A stretch of DNA of 48,016 nt from Chromera velia (taxonomy: Eukaryota): NCBI GenBank assembly GCA_018398765.1, contig JAHBMJ010000462.1:1-48016 (forward strand), written 5' to 3'. Positions 38,735-48,016 of this stretch are shown in pieces. Positions within the stretch are counted from its first letter, which is position 1. Every line of letters begins with the position of its first letter. The position numbers and the translations under genes are program-made. The notes under the pieces are model-generated. The model was not told where the DNA came from, ran no database searches, and saw only the letters and a program-made list of their open reading frames with translations.

Positions 38735-40987
38735 TCGTTCCGTTTGGTTGGTTCAAGAATCTGCGCATTGTCTGGTTCTGCCCTTGTCTGGCTTGTCTTC
38801 TTTCTTTTGCTTTGATGCCAGCAATGGGGGAAAAGTTCGGACTGCATTCGCTCTTTTTCAAAGTGATCTTCAGCCCTGCATATTCATTCTCTCCCGAAAG
38901 CAGTCTTCGGTTCATTCTATGAATACAAAGTCCGACGCGGGGAGAAAACAAGGCATCGTTGCTTTTCGAAGGGCAAGTCTTCATGTATGTGCTTCTCTGT
39001 TTCACCTGGCTTCCTTTTCTCTCAGTCTCTCTCTGTCTTTTCCTTCCGCGCCCTTCTTTTCCATTCATTTTTATTTGCGGTGTCTCTCTCTCTCCGAGTC
39101 CATTTCTTCCTTGTTTGTTCCATCTTGTATTCTCTCTCTTACCTTTCCTCCCTTCCTCTCTGTTTCTTTCCCTTCTTGCTCAACGGTGGTCCATCTTCTA
39201 TCTTTGTTTGTGTTAAGTTTGTTTATCTTTGCTTCTTTGTCGTTTCCTCTCTTGCTTCCATTTCTGCTATGTTTCGAGTTTTTTCTTTTCTCGCTCTTCC
39301 TGTTGTTTTCATCCATTCTTCAAAGCAAGCCCGGCCTGGGCGCCTGTAGCCTTCCGACACTTACAATCGCTGCTCTCCCTTGACTGCGGCCGCAGGGGGG
39401 GGAAGCTAACAACATACATGAACATGAAAAGAAAGAGATCAATATCGATTCAACAAGAAATAAGACTCAATGGGTTTTCTCTTCTCTCGTCACTTGTATG
39501 ACAAATCTTCACTTTGGGTGCTTCTCTCTCTCAGACTGTCTTTTTACTGTTCTTTCCCTTTCTTTCCTCACATGCACCGGCCCTCACACGCACACACTGA
39601 ATGTGGATTTGGCCCTCCCTAGTTCCGTTTGACTTTACTAACACCCCACAATCTCTCTTCTACCCGTTGACAAGAGAGACGTCAACATATTAAGTATATA
39701 CGCAAGCAAAGAAGATAAGTCAAGGGACAGAATGAAAGAATCAGAGGTAATGCATGCAAGCGGTTCTGTTCTGTCTCTTTTCTTCCTTCTTTTCTTGTAT
39801 ATGGTGTCTGCATGACTCACTTTTTGGTGTTTTTCAGCCTCCGAGCGTTTTGTCTCTGTGTTTGTCCTGGCGGGTGGACAGATGGGTAGACATACAAACA
39901 ATATGCTCCCTGCCTCTCTGCATGCGGTTCTCTTCTCGTTACTTTCTTTAAACCCCCTCTCCCAGGGTCTCTGCTAGCTTGTGGCTCCAGCCTTCCGGAT
40001 ATTGGCTTCTTGGACACCTTCCAGCTTTCCTTTCTCTTCTTCTTCCTTTCTTTCTGTCCCTCCTTTGAAATCTCGCCTCTCTTATTCTTTTTGTGTCAAT
40101 CATCACGAACCTTCGGGTTTTCAAAACGCTTGGGGCTATTCAGCGACTAGCGGATAGAGAGGCTTCCTTTCTTTGAAGTTACCCTCACTCCAACAAGATT
40201 TCTCCATTCCTGCTGAAGGCACTGTAAGCATCTGACTGGTTCTCTACAATTTCTTTTCGACCGGCCTGTGACTCTCTCTTCTTTCCATGCATCATGTTGA
40301 AGGACCTTTCTGATTTCTTTCTTTCTTTATTTTCCTTCGACCACCTTCTCCATCACCTTTCCTTCTCAGAGAGTCTTCTCTGAGGCGTCGCATCGCCAAA
40401 ACGAAATTATCCCCCGTTTCAGAGGCCGAAGTCTCTCACAACTGCCCCTTTCTTTTCTCTGTGACCTTTCTTAAAGAACTTTCCCAGTTCCCCGAACTCT
40501 GTATGTCTTTTTACCTCTCCTGGCAGACAGTGTGATACCAGCAAAGGGTGAGAAACAGACTGTAAGCTCTCTTCAAAGTCGTTTCCCCATTGCACTTAAT
40601 TTCTGTCTCCCTCCCAAAAGCAGTCTCTCTTCATATCATACATGAGGTGCACAGCGGCATCTACGCAAGGAGGGGGTTGGCTCACTCTGGGCTCTACATC
40701 TTTGGTTCTTCACCGGCCAGTACTTCTCAATCCAGCGTCGTGTCTGCTTGGGTCATCATTTCAGCTCCTCTCAGACTGGCCTTTAGAGTTTTGAAGTTCT
40801 TCCTTCCACAGTGACAGATAGATCGACAGATGGACCAATAGACAAACCGATAGAAACATCTCTACTTTAGGATTTCAAATACATAAAAGGACATACCGAG
40901 AGATTTCCTTCTTTTAAATTACAGTCAGACCGTCACATACGGACTCCACATGACTCTTGGCCGGGTGGGCCTCCCTCTACCCGCCAA

Positions 40988-40999
40988 GCTCTGCTACCA
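40988..40999 (-). other. Primer-binding site (initiator tRNA-Met type) of LTR family B
   Basis: Minus strand reads TGGTAGCAGAGC, close to the classic TGGTATCAGAGC iMet PBS. Confidence 0.8.
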
Positions 41000-41949
41000 G
41001 TATTCAGATCTGTCCTTCCTCCAAACTAGCTAGTGTATATAGACTTCCTGGATGTTCTTGGACAGATCTCAACTTTAGTGTCTGCGTCTGTGTAGTCTGC
41101 TCTACGTACAGGATAAGAGCCTGTCCCAAGACATACCTACCAGTCGGACCTCCTGATCAGAGTCTTTCACTAGCAAGCTCAATTAAGCCAGCCTCTTGTG
41201 TATTGATCTGTATTGTAATGCATGCAAGCTTTGCATTCAATGCGTCTCTCTATATTGCAATATGCATACGCGACGGAGATTCGGTTAGGGACATCTTTCC
41301 GGTTCTGTATTAATTCAGTCATGCAGTTCGCTCGGCGTGCACGTAGAAGATGAGTCCTGCCTAACTTAGCTTCTCTGGTGCACCAAATGCACACAACGCG
41401 CTATAACACACGCTCGCTCTACTCGCGTGTTTCTTTCTGCTTACAACTGTGATATACTCTTAAAGACTTCCTATATTTCTCTCTGTCTGCATATGGGATG
41501 ATCCATAACACTGTTATGCATGGAATCAAAAACTTTTAAAACTCCAGAAAAGGAGTTTTAATGGTTTTTCTAGTAGTTTTCATGGCGCAAATCAATAGTA
41601 ATTAACATGGAGATAATTAATTAATTATCAACTTTGATATGCGCATGCTATAACTAGTCATATACACCTAATCATTTTTTATCATTTTTCCTAGCATTTT
41701 TCATGTTAATTTTTTATCAAAGGAATTGAATTATTTTTTTTGTAGTGTAGATCGAGACACTGCAATTCTGCCGCAATTGAATGAATGAATGACTATAGCC
41801 ATCGGAGCCTAGCTTCTGGCAGTCCAATTGCAGCTACTAATCATTGCACACTATCTGTATACTGACAGTGGCAGGCACTGGCAGCGTAACTCCTTTATCT
41901 CTAGTCCTTTATTTGACCAGGCAGTCACTGCGGCAGTGAACACAAAAAC

Positions 41950-42072
41950 TAAATTCATTAGTGAATTTATACTCAAAATTCACTTAAATTCACGTAAATT
42001 CATTTAAATTTATGCCTTAAATTCACGTAAATTCATCTAAATTCACTTAAATTCATTTGTAAATTCACTCAT
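41950..42072. repeat. AT-rich ~10-bp tandem repeat (TAAATTCACN)
   Basis: About ten copies of (t)aaattca(c/t) just 3' of the HNH gene. Confidence 0.8.
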
Positions 42073-42132
42073 TTTTGTAGGGCAGAGCTAGTACCAGAGT
42101 TACTGGATTCATTTCTAGATTCATTGCTAGGT

Positions 42133-43116
42133 TTATGACAGTCTGTTTGAAACCTCTGAGTCCACATCACCTGCAACTGGCGGTTGTCTTCGACGTCGAG
42201 TCACTTCAGCTGTTTTCTTTGCGTGCATGGACGGCGTCATCCACTGCAGGTTGTCTGCTCTGTTGTTTGTGGGACACCCGTCAATGTGGTCTACCTGCAG
42301 GGACTCCGAAGCGTTCCCGTCTGCAGTCAGTTTCGCTTTCGCACCTGCATGGAAGACCTCTGCAACCAGGCGGTGCACAAGGAGGTTGGACCTTTTTGCT
42401 ATCCCCACCACTCTGCATCCACTCACCCAACACCCCCAGGTCACTCGGCCATTCTCATGCCGCACCCTACCATGAGTCGAAACGTAGGCTCTCACTGTAC
42501 GACCGGCACCCTCGTCAAGAAACGCCATGCGACGGAATTTCTCCCCTTCCAATTTTTCTGGAGGCTCTGCAACTATCCTCCACCCCTTAATTGTCCACCG
42601 CCCGACCTTTTTGTACAGCAGCCTGTTGAAAATTCCGACAAATTTTGCGAAGGAGTCGAGGGTCGGGAAGCGTCTCTCCTCCCCTGTTTTGGCATTTACT
42701 GCCAGCACCGCCCTTCCCTTCGTGGAGAGTGGGCGCGGACGGATCAGGTCGGATGCCGTCTTTCTTGCATGCTCCTTTCGTGTCATCCACTGCAAGTTGC
42801 TCACGGCGTTGTTTTGCTTGTTCCCGTCGATGTGATCAACATCAAATATTTCATCTGGATGTCGCTGCCGCAGCAACTGCTTTTCACCTGGCAAGAATGT
42901 CTCAGCTACAATGCGATGCACAAATTTCTTTTTTCCCCGGATGTTGCTGCTTAAATATCCGGCACGCCCTTCTGATCCCCTTGAAACAGCGCCCTTGGAA
43001 TCCCTCACGAGACCACAGCGAGAGACACGCCAACCAGTCGAGATGGCACCGTCAATGGAAGGCACTGAGACAAAATTTGAGTCCGCGCAGGTTTGATTTG
43101 TAGGATCTGTGGCCAT
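42133..43116 (-). CDS. Tandem NUMOD4-HNH endonuclease with two HNH_3 domains (homing-endonuclease-like)
   Basis: Domain 1: WRVSRCGLVR..GYL..VHRIVAETF..VDHIDGNKQNNAVSNLQWMTRKEH. Linker AVLAVNAKTGEERRFPTLDSFAKFVG resembles a NUMOD1-type HTH. Domain 2: YVSTHGRVR..VHRLVAEVF..VDHIDGCPTNNRADNLQWMTPSMH. First ATG at 43116; the frame is open to 43206 and there is a possible acceptor near 43139. Confidence 0.9.
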   Translation of the reverse strand: MATDPTNQTCADSNFVSVPSIDGAISTGWRVSRCGLVRDSKGAVSRGSEGRAGYLSSNIRGKKKFVHRIVAETFLPGEKQLLRQRHPDEIFDVDHIDGNKQNNAVSNLQWMTRKEHARKTASDLIRPRPLSTKGRAVLAVNAKTGEERRFPTLDSFAKFVGIFNRLLYKKVGRWTIKGWRIVAEPPEKLEGEKFRRMAFLDEGAGRTVRAYVSTHGRVRHENGRVTWGCWVSGCRVVGIAKRSNLLVHRLVAEVFHAGAKAKLTADGNASESLQVDHIDGCPTNNRADNLQWMTPSMHAKKTAEVTRRRRQPPVAGDVDSEVSNRLS

Positions 43117-44307
43117 CTCTTTCTGGCAGAATTGGCAGCTGCAGAGAGAACAAAAAATTGCGTCACGATATTTTGGAGTATCTTTGGAGAACACATGAAA
43201 ACACATCTAAAGAAAAAGGTCAAAGGAGATGCGGGGCCGCTGCGCGTCTGCGCGTGTGTCTACATGTTGACAGGTTTTTCACAAGGGGTCCCAAGACACA
43301 GGGGCTAGATTCTGGGTGAAACGGAATCGCTTAGAGAATGCCCCAATTTCGCCATGCACGCTTTGTGAAGTGCATACCGCTCGGTGTGCGTGACGCTGAA
43401 CAGGAATCCAGTTCGACACCTGTCTGAGTGGACAGTGTGAAGGATGCAAATGATCTCTGAGGTAAAATTTTTGCGCTCAGTACAGATGGATGAGATAATA
43501 GAATCTGCCACTCACCTCGAAAACCTCTGCCTGCCATACTGGATGAAGGAAACTGGAAGAGGGAGCCGTCTCCTCCGAAGATCTAACTCCAGAGCCTTTC
43601 TCAAAGTAGTGAACATCGGTCAGGTCCCCATTCTGGTTTCGGGGAGCGCATCAGCACCATGAAGGGGAACAGGTGGTATTCCATGAGAGCTTCCAGATGT
43701 ACACAGGAATAAAAATGGGCGAAACGAAGCAACTCATCTCAACTATTCTCAACTCGCGTAGAAATTTTCGGAAAGACATCAAGGATCATCAAGGAGCCAT
43801 TCCGCGCGAGCGCATGCATGCAAGCCCTTCCGAGCCTAAGCGAAAATGGCCGGGGCCCCGCGGGCCGGGTGGATGCATGAGGGGGGGGGTCGGGATTCGC
43901 GGCCGGGCCGCGCGCGGTGACTGGAAAAATCCGGCATCACCAGTGGAATCTGAAAGTGTTTGGAAAATTCTTGTTTGGTGACAGTGGGGGCTCTTTGATT
44001 GTGTTGCTTGTTTCTCTTGACCATCATTTTAATTTCATATGGCTCGCCTGGACGTCTGCTTCTGACTGCTGCGGTCCTTTTGAAGCTGAAGAGCGGGAAA
44101 CAACAGAGAGCTGCGCCCTTCGAAAAACTCACTGTTTCTCATATACATAGCTTCTTTTCGTTCGTTAAATGTCTCTTTATCCGCACAGAGAGTCTGGGGC
44201 TGCCCCTGATGAAAATGCTCCGCAAAATTGGGAACCTCCCAGCAACAAAGGTACGTTAGCTATTTTTTCTGACGCTGGTCAAGCGACGTGCCCCTGACAG
44301 ATTATTC

Positions 44308-47300
44308 ATGGAAAAATTACCTTCCGTCTCCTTGCTTGATCCTTCTGCAGATCCCGACTACTCCTCTGCTACCCATGTCCAGCCAGCTCGCCCGCCTCTC
44401 CTGAGAAACCCCACCGGCCCGGGTGTCTTGTTGCCCCGACAGCACTCCCACGCAGGGGGGGGCAGTGCGACCATGAGGAATAACATGAACAGAGTAGCTT
44501 TGCCGAAAAATTGCCCTTTGCAACAGCCACAGCACCGAAGTCGATCCCAGTCCAGTGCACGCACAGCACCGAGAGGCCCACATCCCGAAGCTTCCCCTGG
44601 GTCCAGCCTCCATCACCAGCACGGCCAGCAGCCTACAGGCGACCGCGCCCCTCCTGTTCCTCTCCAGCACCCTCCCCCCCTGTGCACATCCAGACAGTCC
44701 CCTGTCGACGAGCAGATGTGTTCTCATGACCGGACGTCTGGGGCAGGTGAAAAGACAGGCAGAGATCACACGGGTGTCTTCCAGTCGATGGACCGATTTG
44801 CCATGGGCCAAGAGGGGGAAGGGAAAGAGAACAGGGAGAACGGAGACCCACAAGCAAGTTTGCAGGGACCCACAATGACAAGTCAGGGGGCAGGTGTCTC
44901 TCTGCATGGGCGCGACGGGAGAGGGCCAAGGGGGGACGGCGTGTGCCCCCCTTCGTGCGCAGGAGCTCCAACGCGCCGCCAGAGCATCTGGAGGTCTTCT
45001 ATGAGAGTCAGAGCGGTCAGCTGCACGAACTCGAATCACTGTGCCATTTTTTCCTTCAGCGTTGACGGTTCGCTATAACTTTTCTCACCTTAAATACTGC
45101 TCGCCAAGTCGGGTGCCCTTTCCCGCCAGCGGTGTCGTTGGTCTGGCTGTACGTGAAAAGAAGAGAAGAGGGACAATGCATGGTACAGTCTGCGTGTCTG
45201 TCTGCCGGCCTGCCTCCTTGTGCCTTTGTTTGCAATAGATTTAGACCAAACCCTGGTCTCGGCCTGTTTCCTCCTCACCTTTCTTGACTGCCGTCGAAGC
45301 TGAGCAATCTCTCGCTCGTTGCTTTTCAAGCCGCTGCTCATTTTGACTTCATCTGCTGACTGACTGACTGACTGACTGACTGCAGACCGGCCTCGACGTT
45401 CGGAATCCCGACATCCAGAGAAACTGGATTGGGTTAGGGGAGCCATCAAGGAGAGGGAGGGGGGGGGGCTCTCAGAGGCCTTTTGGCAGGCCCGAGACTC
45501 TGGCACTCCACAGACCTGGGCCTCGACGGTATAACGCTGGGGGCGGCATGGTGCGGGGTGAAAGGCAGGAGACGGCTCGGTTTGCATTTGCCGTTGGGGA
45601 GCGAGAGAGGGGGAAGGGAAAGGCTGATGTGAATTGTTTATCTGGATTTGCAGCTGCCGCTTCTTCATCTTCATCGTCCTCCTCCTCTTCATCAGCACAG
45701 CCTCCCGTGCTCCCTCCAGACTCCCACAGACAGATAGGCCCACTTGGAGAAGCTGTGAGGGATGGGGGCATAAGGGGGCACCGTAATTCCTCACACCTTC
45801 ACCAGACGTACGGCCGAACAGGCCGAGCAGGCACTAATCGAGTCCTGATGGAACGGGGAAAAGAAGGGGGGGAGGGGGGACATGAAGGGGGGGGTGCTCC
45901 AGCTGCTGCTGCTGGGGCGGGGGCGGCAGCGTGTGGTTCCTCCTCGGCCTCCTGTGAGGTTTTTGACATGACAGATTGGGATTTGGACGATTTTTCTTTC
46001 CTTCCCAGTCCTGCAGGGGGGGGCAGGACAAATCCCTCAAGCGACCCTCAACCTGGGGGTGCCTCTGCATCAGCAGTGGGGTCTGTGGGGAGAAATGAGG
46101 TGTTGGGAAGGTCGGGGGGTGGGGAAGGGGGTGTGAGTGTGAGAACGAATTATTCCTCTCGTCCTGCATTCTCTGCCCGAAGTCGCAGGTTGGGGGGGAG
46201 GGGGACGCTCGTTCGTAATTTGTCGGTTAGAAGCAGTGCGTCGGAGACAGAGAGGATGGAGGGGTCTTCCTCGTCTTCCCCCTCTGTAGTTGAGCAGTCT
46301 CCGCAGAACAGAAAGAAGAGGGGGGAGAGGGCGTCTCGCAGACTGCAGATGCCACCCTCGTCTGATGGCATGTTGTTGAATGAGAGGCCGCGAAAGTCCC
46401 TGAGAACTTCTTCTAAACCACAGAAAGGGGAGGGAGAGGGAGAGGAGCCGTGTCCGATTTGTTTGGCAGATCCTTGTGACAGGGAGGAAGACGGACGTCC
46501 GGACTCCTGTAGTCACGTCTTTTGTTTCTCCTGCATTACAAAGTGGGCAGAGGGGGCAACGAACAGGTGTCCCTGTTGTCGGGGGCAGTTTTTCCTTGTG
46601 CATCGAACCAAGAGAGTCATTGACAGAGACCCGGAAACCGGGGAGGTGCGCAAAACGCGCCTAGAACCCCAGGAGCCCCACCTAGTGGGTGAGAAGGTCC
46701 TCGCACCAGATGCGTTTGAGGACAATGGAGATGATGTGTTTGATGTGGGGAGTGATGAGGGGGCCAATGACATTATTTGTAATATCTGTGAGGGGGGGGG
46801 TCATGAGGATCTGTTGATGATTTGTGACGGCTGTGGGATTTTCAACGCCCACACGTTTTGTCTCGAGCCCCCTCTTCCTGCTGTGCCGCGAGTGCGCCCG
46901 TGGCTGTGTGTCCCTTGTGAGTCTGCTGAAGTACTCACATGCCGCTTCTGCGCACGGGGGCATAGAAGTGAGCTGCTGATGATCTGCGATAGCTGCAGAG
47001 AGATCGAGCACACCTTCTGTGCCCGGCCCCGCCCTCTCCAGAGAGTGCCCCACACCTGGCTGTGTGAGTCCTGTAATGGGGCTGCACGGGCGGGTCTGGC
47101 GGGGGGGAGGAGAGGGGAGCGGGAGGCTGGAAGAGGCGGAAGGGCGGGGGGTGGGGGGGACTTGGGTCGAGGGGATGGGTTGAGGGAGAGAGACGGGGCA
47201 GGCCGCGGTGGGGTGAGGGGCCGCGGCCGTCTCCGCATAAGTTTGTCCTCGTCTTCGTCCTCGTCTCTTCCTCCCCCTTCTCCGGACTTGGCAGCAGATA

Positions 47301-48016
47301 GGGGCCGCAGGGGGCGGGCTGGGAGAGATGGTGGAAGGGGAAGGGGAAGGGCAGCACGCGGAGGGAGGGCGGGAAGGAGAGGAGAGGGTTCTCCCTCTCG
47401 CGGCTTCTCTGATGATCTTGGGGGTGGAATGGACACAGAGGAGGAGGAGGATCGTCTGTTGGAAGATTTTGTCGTTTCGGACGATCACATCTCTTTCGAT
47501 TCCAACGCTAGCGAGGGAGAGTCATCCAGCAGCAGCAGTAGCAGTAGCAGCGGTGAAGATGAGCGTCGGCAGCGGGACAGAAGAGAAAGAGAAAGAGAGA
47601 GGGGAAGAGGAAGGCCCCGAAATGCCGAGAGAAGAAGAGAGGGACAGCCGAGGAGACGGAGAGAGCGGAACCGAAATGCCCAAGAAGGCGGGAGAAGGAG
47701 AGACCAAAGGGGGGGAGCCGGCCCCGCAGGAAGAGAAAGGCAGAGGGGCAATATGAACGTCAACCACCCCCGTGACGTCGCTGCCTCCCAGCCTTCCGCT
47801 TCCTCATCCAATGTGCAGAGCTCTCTCTTTGCCCGCAGGATCCTTCCCCCCCAGCAACAGACAGAGGCCGTCAGGGAGGGGGGAGTGGCGTCTCGCCCCG
47901 TTCCCCCAGTCGGTCATCAGTCGTTTGTTGCCCTCGATGGATCGGATGACGATGATGACGGTCTTCTGATCATCTCAAGCGGTCCTCTTCAGGGGGGTGG
48001 GGGGGGGAACGGGGGG
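44308..48016 (+). CDS. Double PHD-finger protein, 3' end outside the window
   Basis: Probable exon 44308-45015, then an acceptor at 45385 and a frame that was open wherever spot-checked up to the window end (absent from the ORF track, consistent with no stop). 46778-47074 encodes CNICEGGGHEDLLMICDGCGIFNAHTFCLEPPLPAVPRVRPWLCVPC and CRFCARGHRSELLMICDSCREIEHTFCARPRPLQRVPHTWLCESC, two C4-H-C3 fingers. Confidence 0.85.

Larger units (their letters stand above)
36749..41510 (-). mobile_element. Non-autonomous LTR retroelement, family B (4762 bp, LARD-like); 5' LTR 41510-41001, 3' LTR 37277-36749
   Basis: Direct repeats of 510 and 529 bp. Perfect 5-bp TSD CTGTT at 36744-36748 and 41511-41515. Minus-strand PBS TGGTAGCAGAGC (40999-40988) one base inside the 5' LTR. 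Purine-rich tract GTGGGGGTGAGTGGT adjoining the 3' LTR. No gag/pol ORF seen. Confidence 0.9.

Noticed and set aside
37773..39501. F/S/L-rich ORFs resembling membrane proteins
   Set aside because: They derive from C/T-rich low-complexity tracts inside the LTR element and show no domain motifs.
45090..47811. Several long minus-strand ORFs
   Set aside because: They are antisense shadows of the GC-rich PHD gene exon on the plus strand.

Overview
Eukaryotic nuclear DNA from a draft assembly (three N gaps, one isolated N). It has GT-AG introns full of microsatellites and roughly 50% GC genes separated by AT-rich repeat relics. The alveolate-like TBP together with a hybrid histidine kinase suggests a chromerid such as Chromera velia (inference only). 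Genes: a multi-exon TPR protein (-), a multi-exon hypothetical protein (+), an intronless divergent TBP paralog (-), a frameshifted RING/TRAF zinc-finger gene (-), a frameshifted hybrid histidine kinase (+), a tandem NUMOD4-HNH x2 endonuclease (-) and a double-PHD-finger protein running off the right edge (+). Mobile DNA: a solo LTR, a two-LTR mini-element with a 23-bp interior, a 4.8-kb non-coding LTR element (5-bp TSD, tRNA-iMet-like PBS) with a nested TIR element, a 1.2-kb hAT-like element and two MITE-like copies. The strongest unexplained signal is that LTR copies differ almost only by C>T/G>A transitions at CpG and CpA/TpG, converging on TpA. This looks like RIP-type repeat hypermutation in a non-fungal genome. 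All alignments and counts were made by eye.
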